Positions 1 to 9,439 of a stretch of 64,000 bases of DNA are shown here, in pieces. The notes under the pieces are model-generated. The model was not told where the DNA came from and did not search any database. It worked only from the letters and a program-made list of their open reading frames with translations. The translations under genes were made by a program, and so were the position numbers. This DNA is from an uncultured Gammaproteobacteria bacterium (GTDB lineage: Bacteria > Patescibacteriota > Microgenomatia > CAYQLK01), in assembly GCA_964404855.1 (NCBI GenBank), contig CAYOLO010000002.1, forward strand, positions 67,494 through 131,493, written 5' to 3'. The first letter of the stretch is position 1. Each line of letters opens with the position of its first letter.

Positions 1-2394
1 GGTTTGATTCTGGACTAGTGACTCAATAGGGAATTTAAATACTCGCGTAATTGTTTCATGATCGATGTCGGATATTAACTTTTCAAATAATTTGTACGAC
101 TCAGCCTTATATTCGACGAGTGGATCTCTTTGAGCATATGCCCTCATTCCAACACCAGACCTAAGATCATCTAGTGTATCAATATGTTCCATCCACAGAG
201 TGTCAATAACACTTAATGAGACTACAAGTTCGGCTTGATCAACTGATTTTTGGGAATATTTTTTAACTCGTTCACTATTTATGTCACCAATTATTTTTAA
301 CAAAAATTCGACAATTTTATCAGCTAATTTTAGTTTGACTATTTCGTCCAAAATTACCTTTTGAGAATTGGGATCAAAAGAAATAATATTGAAAAAATCT
401 TGACCAAGTTGATGATAATCTGGAATCTCAGCTTGATTGATGTGAGTATCGACAAGAAGGTTTATATGATTTTCTATCTTTTGATTAAAGTCTGATTTGA
501 AATCATTTTCTGAATCAATGTTCCCCTGTTGAGCTTCAAGAATTTCTTTTCGTTTTTTGTAAATAATTTCTCTTTGAACGTTTATTACATCGTCGTATTC
601 AACGACCCGTTTACGATTATCGAAATGATGGCCTTCAACTTTTTTTTGAGCATTTTCGATTGCTCTACTTACCATTGCATTTTCGATTGGAGTATCCTCA
701 GGAAGTTTAAGCGCAGTCATAATTTTTGATATCGATTCTCCACCAAATAAGCGCATAATGTCATCCTCTAATGAAACATAAAAACGGGTTGACCCTGGAT
801 CACCCTGTCTACCTGCTCTTCCTCTTAGCTGATTGTCGATTCGACGTGACTCGTGTCTTTCTGTGCCAATAATATGTAAACCTCCAAGCTTGTCGACATT
901 TTTTTCAAGTTTAATATCTACTCCACGGCCAGCAATATTTGTCGCTAGTGTAACTGCACCCTTCTGACCAGCTAGGGAAATAATTTCAGCTTCTTTGGTA
1001 TGATTTTTGGCGTTAAGTACTTCATGTTTGATACCAGTTTTTTTTAAAACCTCTGATAATAATTCGTTTTTTTCGATTGAAGTGGTTCCAATTAATACTG
1101 GCTGTCCAGTTTTGTGAAGCTCTTTGACTTCGCTAGCTACAGCAAGAAACTTGGCTTTTGCGGTTTTATAAACAATATCAGAATAATCTTTTCGAATATT
1201 TGGCCTGTGCGGAGGAATAACAACTACATCGAGCTTGTAAATTTTGAAAAACTCTTCAGCTTCGGTTTCGGCTGTACCAGTCATGCCGGCTAGCTTGTGA
1301 TACATTCTAAAATAATTTTGAAATGTGATTGTTGCAAGCGTACGACTCTCCTCCTGAATTGTAACATTCTCTTTTGCTTCAATAGCTTGATGCAAACCCT
1401 CGGAGTAGCGCCTACCCTCCATCAATCTACCTGTAAACTCGTCTACGATTACAACTTCATTACCTCTGACCACATAATCTCTATCTTTGACGAACAGAGT
1501 TCTCGCGCTGATTGCTTGTTCAATATGGTGGATTGTTGAAAAATTTGTTTCGTATAGATTATTAACTCCAAGAATTTTTTCAACTTTTTGAATACCTGCT
1601 TCAGAGAGTGAAGCTGATTTGAGTTTTTCATCCACAACAAAGTCTACTTCGACGTTAAGACTATTTACCATTTTGGCGAACGTGTAATATTTGTCAGTTG
1701 CCTCTCCAGATGGGGCCGAAATGATTAGAGGCGTTCTTGCTTCATCGATAAGAATTGAGTCGACCTCGTCTACAATTGCGAAATTATGACCCCTTTGAAC
1801 CATATTTTTGAGGTCCCAAACCATATTGTCTCTTAGGTAGTCAAAACCAAATTCATTATTGGTTCCGTAAGTAATATCTGATTTATACATCTCTCTTCTA
1901 ATACTGGTTCCTGGTGGAATTTCGTGGACAATATACCCAACACTTAATCCCAGAGTTTCATATATTGGCTTCATCCACTCCGAGTCTCTTTTTGCTAAGT
2001 AATCATTAACTGTTACAACGTGAACTCCTTTTTCCTCCAAAGCATTTAAATATGCAGGCAATGTTGCGGAAAGTGTTTTACCTTCTCCGGTTTTTTGTTC
2101 AGAAATTTTTCCTTCATGGAGTACAATTCCAGATAATAACTGTACATCGTAGTGACGCATTCTAACTGCTCTTTCAGAAGCTTCTCGAACAGCCGCAAAG
2201 GCTTCGGGTAAAATTTCATTTAAACTTAAGCCGTTTTTCAGCTTTTTCTTAAACTCAACTGTTTTTGATTTTAATTTGGAATCAGAGTATTTTTTGTAAG
2301 TTTTTTCCAAATCGTTAATTTGGGAAATCAATGGCCTAATTTTTTTAAGCTCTTTTTCGTTTGAATTAAGTAGACCGCCTAGTTTTCCTAACAT
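1..2394 (-). CDS. secA: Preprotein translocase ATPase SecA (3' end runs off the window)
   Basis: Read manually; absent from the ORF track. ATG at 2394 gives MLGKLGGLLNSNEKELKK. Frame contains QKTGEGKT, VTVNDYLAKRD, AIVDEVDSILIDEARTPLIIS, GMTGTA, ATNIAGRG, ESRRIDNQLRGRAGRQGDPG. Confidence 0.97.
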   Translation of the reverse strand, partial: MLGKLGGLLNSNEKELKKIRPLISQINDLEKTYKKYSDSKLKSKTVEFKKKLKNGLSLNEILPEAFAAVREASERAVRMRHYDVQLLSGIVLHEGKISEQKTGEGKTLSATLPAYLNALEEKGVHVVTVNDYLAKRDSEWMKPIYETLGLSVGYIVHEIPPGTSIRREMYKSDITYGTNNEFGFDYLRDNMVWDLKNMVQRGHNFAIVDEVDSILIDEARTPLIISAPSGEATDKYYTFAKMVNSLNVEVDFVVDEKLKSASLSEAGIQKVEKILGVNNLYETNFSTIHHIEQAISARTLFVKDRDYVVRGNEVVIVDEFTGRLMEGRRYSEGLHQAIEAKENVTIQEESRTLATITFQNYFRMYHKLAGMTGTAETEAEEFFKIYKLDVVVIPPHRPNIRKDYSDIVYKTAKAKFLAVASEVKELHKTGQPVLIGTTSIEKNELLSEVLKKTGIKHEVLNAKNHTKEAEIISLAGQKGAVTLATNIAGRGVDIKLEKNVDKLGGLHIIGTERHESRRIDNQLRGRAGRQGDPGSTRFYVSLEDDIMRLFGGESISKIMTALKLPEDTPIENAMVSRAIENAQKKVEGHHFDNRKRVVEYDDVINVQREIIYKKRKEILEAQQGNIDSENDFKSDFNQKIENHINLLVDTHINQAEIPDYHQLGQDFFNIISFDPNSQKVILDEIVKLKLADKIVEFLLKIIGDINSERVKKYSQKSVDQAELVVSLSVIDTLWMEHIDTLDDLRSGVGMRAYAQRDPLVEYKAESYKLFEKLISDIDHETITRVFKFPIESLVQNQT

Positions 2395-2466
2395 AATGTC
2401 GTGATTTACTACGAGTGAATATTATAAATTACTAATGTAGAAAATAACAGTCGAGTCTTGCGAGTG

Positions 2467-3696
2467 CTACTCAATTGTTTTAAATCCTGTATATTTGTGC
2501 AGAACATCTGGAATTATTATTGAGCCAGATTCGGTTTGAAAATTTTCCAAAATTGCCGCAATAATTCTTCCGAAGGCGAAGGCTGTTCCGTTGACTGTAT
2601 GGACTAGTTCTTTCTCATTATTGTCGTTAATATATTTAATATTTAGCCGTCTGGATTGAAAATCAGTCGTATTGGATGTCGAATGAGTCTCTCTATATTT
2701 TGATTGTGACGGGAACCAAACCTCAATGTCATATTTTTTGGCGGCAGGGAGACCTAGATCACCTGAAGCAATATTAAGTATTTGATATGGCAGCTTAAGA
2801 CCTTCGACCAATGATTTTTCTAGCTCCAAAATTAAATTATGTTCAGCTTGCGACTGTTTGGGGGTACAAAAAACAAACATTTCTAATTTATTAAATTGAT
2901 GGACACGAATTATGCCTTTTGTGTCTTTACCATAGCTCCCCGACTCGCGACGAAATGAAGGTGAATAACCCATATACCTTAAAGGTAGCTGGTTTACTGT
3001 AAGTATTTCATCCCTATGCATTGGACCAATTGATTGTTCAGCTGTACCTACCAAATACAAATCATCTCTTTCTAGATAATAAGTTTCTTCATTACCACCA
3101 TGTTCTAGATATCCCATTCCTTTCATTGAAGAGGAACTAATTAACACTGGAGGTAAAACAAATACAAAATTTTTCTCCGAAATAAGCTCCCTTGCATAAT
3201 TAAGTAACGCTAGTTCCAACTCTGCACCTTTACCTATTAGATAATAAAATCTTGAACCGCTGACTTTGGCCGCTGATTCAATATCGATAATGTCGAGTGA
3301 TCTACCTAACTCTTCGTGACTTTTGGGAGTAAAATTAAATTTATAGGGTTCGAAATTTTTTCCAACTACCAAACTCTTATCTTCACCACCAATTGGCACT
3401 TCATCAAAAGCTGGATTTGGTATTTTTGAAATTAAATCTTGAAATTTATTTTCTACAACCTTTAATGTTTCTTCAAGTTTTTTTAAATCTACCTTTATTT
3501 TTTTACCTTCCTCTGATGGTTTTTTTGACTTGGAGATAATTTTTCTCTTTTGATTAAATTCTTCTATTGATTTGATAAGTGCATTTCTTTCCTGTTCAAG
3601 TTCAATTACATTTTTAACCAAAATATCAACACCCTTTTCAAGAATCTTTTTTTGAAACCAATCTGGATCGGATTTTAATTTTTTGATATCAATCAT
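2467..3696 (-). CDS. serS: Serine--tRNA ligase
   Basis: N-terminal coiled coil; LVGTAEQ, FRRESGSYGKDTKGIIRVHQFNKLE, YRETHSTSNTTDFQSRRL, HTVNGTA. Confidence 0.97.
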   Translation of the reverse strand: MIDIKKLKSDPDWFQKKILEKGVDILVKNVIELEQERNALIKSIEEFNQKRKIISKSKKPSEEGKKIKVDLKKLEETLKVVENKFQDLISKIPNPAFDEVPIGGEDKSLVVGKNFEPYKFNFTPKSHEELGRSLDIIDIESAAKVSGSRFYYLIGKGAELELALLNYARELISEKNFVFVLPPVLISSSSMKGMGYLEHGGNEETYYLERDDLYLVGTAEQSIGPMHRDEILTVNQLPLRYMGYSPSFRRESGSYGKDTKGIIRVHQFNKLEMFVFCTPKQSQAEHNLILELEKSLVEGLKLPYQILNIASGDLGLPAAKKYDIEVWFPSQSKYRETHSTSNTTDFQSRRLNIKYINDNNEKELVHTVNGTAFAFGRIIAAILENFQTESGSIIIPDVLHKYTGFKTIE

Positions 3697-4295
3697 TTTT
3701 GATCTTTAATTTCCCCAATACCTTTAATTTTACCCGAAGTGATTAATGTTATTGCTTTTTGATGCCAAGGAAAACGAGTGATTTTTAAAATATCATGGGT
3801 TTTTTTCTCTAGCTCATGCTTAGCAGCTGGTACGCCTTGAATTTGGGCGATGGCGTCAATATGATCTGCTGCTTTGGCAAACCTGGCCTCTAAACTTTTT
3901 CTTTCTGAATACTCCTTGTATAAACTAAGAATCTCTTCTTTGTTAACTAAATCCTCAACGAGTATTTCCATTCCTTTATCCTCTATATCGCGAAATTTTC
4001 CTTTTTCTAAATATTTTACAAACGACCCAACATCTCCAACAATTGTTTCTGCTAAATCATGAAACAATGCCATTTTAAGAACTTTGTTTTCGTCAACTCT
4101 AGGTTTTTTGTTTTCCTTATTGTGAAGAATGGCTAGCTCGTAAGCAAGAATTGCTGTCGCAAAGGAGTGAGCAGCGACAGAATCTGCCTCATTTCTTTTG
4201 AACCCTAATGTGACAAATCCTTGTCTGGGTAGTTCCTTCGTCCACTGAATGCGTAAAAAAAATTTGATTAGACTTGTTAAATTATTCGTTTTCAT
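3693..4295 (-). CDS. HD-domain hydrolase (YfbR/5'-deoxynucleotidase-like)
   Basis: LPRQG, DSVAAHSF, ALFHDLAETIVGD, AKAADHID. Confidence 0.85.
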   Translation of the reverse strand: MKTNNLTSLIKFFLRIQWTKELPRQGFVTLGFKRNEADSVAAHSFATAILAYELAILHNKENKKPRVDENKVLKMALFHDLAETIVGDVGSFVKYLEKGKFRDIEDKGMEILVEDLVNKEEILSLYKEYSERKSLEARFAKAADHIDAIAQIQGVPAAKHELEKKTHDILKITRFPWHQKAITLITSGKIKGIGEIKDQK

Positions 4296-5745
4296 TTTTC
4301 CCTTCTTTCATAAGCGGGAAAATTACGGTCTCCCGAATAGGCAAGCCCATAAGAACTGAAAATAGCCTTTCAGATACTCCAAACCCAGCCGCTGGTGGCA
4401 TTCCATATTCCATTGCCTCAATATATTCCTCATCAATCATTTGGGCCTCATTATCGCCGTTTTCTCTGAGTTTCATTTGATTTTCAAATCTTTCCCTTTG
4501 ATCAATTGGATCATTAAGCTCTCCAAATCCTTTACCTAACTCTGAACCAAAAGCTAATATTTGCATACGCTGAACTGTTTTGGGATTATCAAGGTTCTTT
4601 TTGGCCAAAGGTTCTATTTCGATTGGAGGGTTAATTAAAAAAGCAGGTTGCAGTGAGACTTCTGGGAGTATACGAATTTTCTTTTTAAAAATTAGATCAA
4701 TAATTCTTCCTCGGCCCGCTGATTTTTCGTAAGTGATTTTGTTTGATTTGGCATATCTAAATAACTCTTCATCACTGGCTGTGAGAAGATTGATGTCGGT
4801 GTGTTTCCTAAACAAATCTAGATATTCAAGTTTTGGCCAATTACCTGACCAGTCAACAACTTGCCCCTCTCTTTCAAACTTAAGCGTACCGAAGGTTTCT
4901 TGAATCACAAACTGATACATTTTTTGAGTAAAATCCATTAGTTTATTGAACTCTCCATAAGCCCAATAAAATTCCATTTGGGTGTAATCTTGAAGGTGCT
5001 CAGAATCTATTCCCTCATTCCTGAAAATCCTCCCTATCTCAAATACTTTTTCGTATCCCGCTACCAGCATTTTTTTAAGCGGCAGTTCTAATGAAATTCT
5101 CAGGTAAAAATCTCTATCTAAAGCATTGTGGTGAGTTACAAATGGCTCAGCTTCTGCGCCTCCAGGAATATTTTCCAAAATCGGCATCTCGACCTCGAGA
5201 AAATCTTCGTTAACTAAAAACTGTCGCATTGATGACCAGAACTTATTTTTTTTAATAAAAATATCTTTTACCTCTGGATTAATTAATATATCCAGATAAC
5301 GTTTTCTCAATCTTGTTTCAATATTGGCCAATCCATAGTACTCACTCGGAATCGGTAGTAAAGATTTAGCGAGAAGTTTGTAAGTTTTTATATCAACCGT
5401 GGTTTGACCAGCGTTTGTTACAAATACTTTGCCTGTAACTTCTAGGAAGTCTCCAATATCCAAAAGTGAAATTTTTTTAAAAACTGCTTTATCCAGTTCA
5501 TCGGATTTAAAAAGAATCTGAATTTGACCGCTAAAATCTACCAAATCGCCAAAGATAATTTTGCCATGGGATCTAAGGGAAAAAAGTCTGCCAACAATCG
5601 TTACTTCTTTTTCCAGAGACTCTAGAGCAGAACTAATTGTGTGGGACCTGTTTGAACTTGAAGGATAGACTTCAATATTTTGATCTTGAAGTTTTTTTAA
5701 TTTGTCGAGCCTGATTTTTCTTAGTTCTGATAATGGACTTGGCAT
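4282..5745 (-). CDS. lysS: Lysine--tRNA ligase, class II
   Basis: OB fold; RKRYLD, YLRISLEL, FEIGRIFRNEG, EYGMPPAAGFGVSERL. Confidence 0.97.
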   Translation of the reverse strand: MPSPLSELRKIRLDKLKKLQDQNIEVYPSSSNRSHTISSALESLEKEVTIVGRLFSLRSHGKIIFGDLVDFSGQIQILFKSDELDKAVFKKISLLDIGDFLEVTGKVFVTNAGQTTVDIKTYKLLAKSLLPIPSEYYGLANIETRLRKRYLDILINPEVKDIFIKKNKFWSSMRQFLVNEDFLEVEMPILENIPGGAEAEPFVTHHNALDRDFYLRISLELPLKKMLVAGYEKVFEIGRIFRNEGIDSEHLQDYTQMEFYWAYGEFNKLMDFTQKMYQFVIQETFGTLKFEREGQVVDWSGNWPKLEYLDLFRKHTDINLLTASDEELFRYAKSNKITYEKSAGRGRIIDLIFKKKIRILPEVSLQPAFLINPPIEIEPLAKKNLDNPKTVQRMQILAFGSELGKGFGELNDPIDQRERFENQMKLRENGDNEAQMIDEEYIEAMEYGMPPAAGFGVSERLFSVLMGLPIRETVIFPLMKEGKNENE

Positions 5746-5826
5746 CAGTTTATGAACACTAACTTGTATTTAGGAGAGTATATTCCAAGACAATCTTTCA
5801 ATCAAGGCGACTTACTATAACAAAAC

Positions 5827-6300
5827 TTATCTGGTCTCAATCGAAATTATTTTATATACAGGTTTTGAAGCAATCGGAGGACTAACTTCATCGCCAACTT
5901 TTGCACCCATTAGCGACTTTCCAACCGGAGAATCTTCTGAAAGTCTATTAGTTAAAGGGTCTGCCTCAGGTGTAGAAACAATCGTAAAGATTTGTTCTGA
6001 GTTGCCAAGTTTTACGGTCACGATTGAGCCAACTTTGACCTTATGATCGTTATCAATGTGTTCCGGAAGTACTTTCGCGTGTTTTAATGTTGCCTCGATA
6101 TCTGTAATTTTAGCTTCGAGAGCAGATAGCTCGTCTTGAGCTGCATCGTATTCAGAATTTTCAGACAAGTCTCCCATTTCACGAGCAGCCTGAATTCTTG
6201 AAGCAACTCTTACTCTCTCTGGACCAGTTAATTTTTTGTGTTCTTTTTGAAGGTTTTCCAAAAAGTCTTTTGTTAGCAGGATTTCTTTTGCTTTAGTCAT
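5827..6300 (-). CDS. greA: Transcription elongation factor GreA
   Basis: AREMGDLSENSEYDAA, SPVGKSLMG. Start moved to ATG at 6300 because the upstream extension overlaps a terminator. Confidence 0.95.
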   Translation of the reverse strand: MTKAKEILLTKDFLENLQKEHKKLTGPERVRVASRIQAAREMGDLSENSEYDAAQDELSALEAKITDIEATLKHAKVLPEHIDNDHKVKVGSIVTVKLGNSEQIFTIVSTPEADPLTNRLSEDSPVGKSLMGAKVGDEVSPPIASKPVYKIISIETR

Positions 6301-6303
6301 AAT

Positions 6304-6345
6304 AAAAAAACCACTAGCTGTCGATTTCATCAATCTAGCTGTGGT
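6304..6345 (-). terminator. Intrinsic terminator in the greA 5' leader (putative attenuator)
   Basis: Minus strand ACCACAGCTAGATTGAT-GAA-ATCGACAGCTAGTGGT followed by a T-run that ends 3 nt before the greA ATG. Confidence 0.7.
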
Positions 6346-6366
6346 ATATCTTGTATTCGGAGCTTG

Positions 6367-6395
6367 ATGATAATTGAAAAACTCTCATTTGTCAA
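6367..6395 (-). promoter_or_regulatory. Sigma70-type promoter for greA
   Basis: TTGACA-17 nt-TATCAT on the minus strand. Confidence 0.7.
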
Positions 6396-6517
6396 TGATT
6401 CGACGGCCAACAACTTGCGAACTGTCTAATTAATTATCGGAAATTGACATCATATTGGCCACAAACCATAGAATCGGATATAATCGTGCGGTTGGCAGGC
6501 AGAATATAGCTATTTAA

Positions 6518-6592
6518 GCCGCCTTGGTCTAGTTGGTCTAGGACACTCGGTTCTCATCCGAGAGATCAGGGGTTCGAATCCCCTAGGCGGTA
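6518..6592 (+). tRNA. tRNA-Glu (CTC)
   Basis: Acceptor GCCGCCT/AGGCGGT; anticodon arm CTCGG-TTCTCAT-CCGAG; T-arm AGGGG-TTCGAAT-CCCCT; CCA not encoded (CTA). Confidence 0.95.
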
Positions 6593-6660
6593 CTAAACAC
6601 AAGTTTTCGTAGGATAAATCTTTGTTATAATGGTTTGATATCTATTTTCCCCACAAAAAA

Positions 6661-7203
6661 ATGAAAAAAATACTATTAATGCTTTCGATTCTTTTCCAAG
6701 GGGTAGGTGTAAACAGCTTTGTATTAGCTCAAGAATCTGAAATATACGAAATCGACTTGGACATAAATGTGGATGACATAGCACTTACTGTTGATGCTTT
6801 TGCGCCAATATCTTACCTACCAGGCTCCCCAATTTACTCACTGGTTTTGATAAAAGAAGATATGGAAGAAGTGTTTAAGCCGAATGAGTTGGAAAAAATA
6901 AAATGGAAAATAATTATTTCTAATAAACGTTTGAAGGAAGCTTATATTTTAATGAATAATAAGGAAAAAGATGCCTCAGCGGATAATATATTTGCTTACA
7001 TTTCGTCATTGGAAGATATTAAAAATTCTATTACCAAGTTGAAATCCCGCGATGATATGCCTGTCCCCACAATTTATATAGAAAATAACCTGACTACACA
7101 ACAAAAAATATTAACTTATTTTTATAATTCGGGAATGGAGATTGCTAGTTCAAATGCAATAAAAGCAAACATTGAACTCTTAAAGTTTGCTAAACAAATA
7201 TAG
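6661..7203 (+). CDS. Exported hypothetical protein (DUF5667-like)
   Basis: Signal peptide; YLPGSPIYSLVLIKE...KRLKEA resembles the CPR DUF5667 pattern. Confidence 0.55.
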   Translation: MKKILLMLSILFQGVGVNSFVLAQESEIYEIDLDINVDDIALTVDAFAPISYLPGSPIYSLVLIKEDMEEVFKPNELEKIKWKIIISNKRLKEAYILMNNKEKDASADNIFAYISSLEDIKNSITKLKSRDDMPVPTIYIENNLTTQQKILTYFYNSGMEIASSNAIKANIELLKFAKQI

Positions 7204-7306
7204 AGAATTTGACTTATTCTTCCAAACTACAACAAAGTAACTACTTAATCGTTAAATAGATAACCAGCACAAAGCTAAATTTCTAGTTTTTTAAATCGAA
7301 TGGTAT

Positions 7307-9328
7307 TTAAAATGTTAGAAATGGGATTATTAGGATAGCAACAATATTAATAATCTTAATCATTGGGTTGATTGCAGGTCCGGCAGTGTCCTTATATGGG
7401 TCACCAACCGTGTCACCAGTAACGGCAGCCTTGTGTGCGTCAGAGCCTTTACCACCATAGTTTCCAGCTTCAATGTATTTTTTGGCATTATCCCAAGCTG
7501 CTCCACCAGAAGTCATTGATAGTGCTAGAAATAGTCCTGAAATTATTGAACCAATAAGTAGTCCACCAAGAGCTTCTACGCCTAGAATCAAACCAATAAT
7601 TATTGGCGCTGCTACAGGAATTAATGCAGGAAAAATCATTTCTTTTAGCGCTGTTTTTGTAACAATATCGACACACTTTGCATAGTCAGGCTTACCTGTG
7701 CCATCCATAATGCCTTTAATTTCAGCAAATTGTCTGCGAACTTCGACAACAACTGCACTTCCAGCCTTACCAACGGCTTCCATAGCAAATGCTGAAAATA
7801 TAAACGGTAGTGCTGCTCCTAAAAATAGTCCAATCATGACATTGGGATCTGATAGTAAGAATTGAACATCAATACCAAGCACTTTAAATTCTAAAGAGTA
7901 GCTTGCAAAAAGAACTAACGAAGCTAGTCCTGCTGAAGCAATAGCATAACCCTTTGTAACTGCTTTGGTTGTATTACCAACAGCATCGAGAGCATCGGTT
8001 ACCTTACGAACTTTTTCTGGTAGTGCAGACATTTCTGCAATACCTCCGGCGTTATCAGTAATCGGACCATATGCATCAATTGCAACAATAATCCCTGACA
8101 TTGAAAGCATAGAGATTGCAGCGATTGCAATTCCATAAAGTCCACCCAGATAAAAACTTCCGAATATTGCTAATACGATTAGCAATATTGGAGCAAAGGT
8201 TGATTTCATACCTAGAGCAAGTCCTGCAATAACATTGGTTCCGTGACCAGTTGTCGAGGCAAGCGCAACGCCTTTAACGGGAGAATATTTTGTAGAAGTG
8301 TAGAACTCAGTAATAACGACCATGCCAATGGTAACAACGATACCAATGAGTGAAGCAAGATAAAGATTAAGCGAAGAAATTAATCCATTGCTCTCCATTG
8401 TAAGCATTGTTACAGGGTAAAATAGAATTGCAGAAATCAATGCTGAACTAAAAAGCCCCAAATAAAGAGCGCCCATAATACTTTTATTTTTTGGCAACTT
8501 AACAAACAAAGTACCAACAATAGATCCAATAATAGAAACTGCACCAAGAAGGAGTGGGAAAATCACTGCATTCGTACCAGAAGTGAAGCTTAAGTGTCCG
8601 AGGAACATTGCTGCTACTGCTGTAACTACATAAGTTTCAAAAAGATCAGCCGCCATTCCAGCATCATCACCAACATTGTCTCCAACATTGTCGGCTATTA
8701 CAGCTGGATTTCTCGGGTCGTCCTCAGGAATTCCGGCTTCGACCTTACCAACTAGGTCTGCTCCAACATCAGCTCCTTTGGTAAATATTCCACCACCAAG
8801 ACGAGCGAAAACTGAAATCAAACTTCCTCCAAATGCCAAACCAACTAATGGTTTAACATCTTGAACTACAAGGTAAAATCCAGCAACCGAGATCATAGCT
8901 AAACCAACAACCATAAGTCCTGTTACAGTTCCACCTTTAAAAGATACATCTAGGGCTTTTGAAAGAGAGGTTCTGGCAGCTTGCGCTGTTCGAACATTTG
9001 CCCGAACACTTACTGACATACCAATAAAACCTGCGGAAGCTGATGCTAATGCACCAACCAGGAATCCGATTGAAGTTTCGATATCTAACAAGAATCCAAT
9101 TGCAACTGCGATAACTACAGCCAGTATTCCAATAATTGAATATTGTCTCGTCATAAAAGCATTAGCTCCAATTTGGATGGCTTTTGCAATTTCATTCATT
9201 TTTTCATTACCAGTTGGTAATGCAAGTATCCAGCGAATCAAATATATTCCATATCCGATTGCGGCAAGACCAGAGATAATAGCGATTGGTAGGGCAAAGT
9301 TGGCTGTTAGTTCTTTAATTAAATCCAT
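7307..9328 (-). CDS. hppA: Membrane-bound pyrophosphatase, K+-independent H+-pumping type
   Basis: [26 protein letters not shown] (Lys at the K+-determinant site), [10 protein letters not shown]. Confidence 0.95.
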   Translation of the reverse strand: MDLIKELTANFALPIAIISGLAAIGYGIYLIRWILALPTGNEKMNEIAKAIQIGANAFMTRQYSIIGILAVVIAVAIGFLLDIETSIGFLVGALASASAGFIGMSVSVRANVRTAQAARTSLSKALDVSFKGGTVTGLMVVGLAMISVAGFYLVVQDVKPLVGLAFGGSLISVFARLGGGIFTKGADVGADLVGKVEAGIPEDDPRNPAVIADNVGDNVGDDAGMAADLFETYVVTAVAAMFLGHLSFTSGTNAVIFPLLLGAVSIIGSIVGTLFVKLPKNKSIMGALYLGLFSSALISAILFYPVTMLTMESNGLISSLNLYLASLIGIVVTIGMVVITEFYTSTKYSPVKGVALASTTGHGTNVIAGLALGMKSTFAPILLIVLAIFGSFYLGGLYGIAIAAISMLSMSGIIVAIDAYGPITDNAGGIAEMSALPEKVRKVTDALDAVGNTTKAVTKGYAIASAGLASLVLFASYSLEFKVLGIDVQFLLSDPNVMIGLFLGAALPFIFSAFAMEAVGKAGSAVVVEVRRQFAEIKGIMDGTGKPDYAKCVDIVTKTALKEMIFPALIPVAAPIIIGLILGVEALGGLLIGSIISGLFLALSMTSGGAAWDNAKKYIEAGNYGGKGSDAHKAAVTGDTVGDPYKDTAGPAINPMIKIINIVAILIIPFLTF

Positions 9329-9439
9329 ATTATTTTATAAAAATTACAAATACGGCTTGACGCCATTTAAATCAAATATAAACAATAATCTAGATACTGT
9401 CAATTGGCCTATTCTGATAGGATTTTATTATTTTATAAA

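Noticed and set aside
529-1640. Short ORFs 529-729, 1297-1539 and 1449-1640
   Set aside because: Shadow or alternate-frame ORFs inside secA, which the track missed because it runs off the edge
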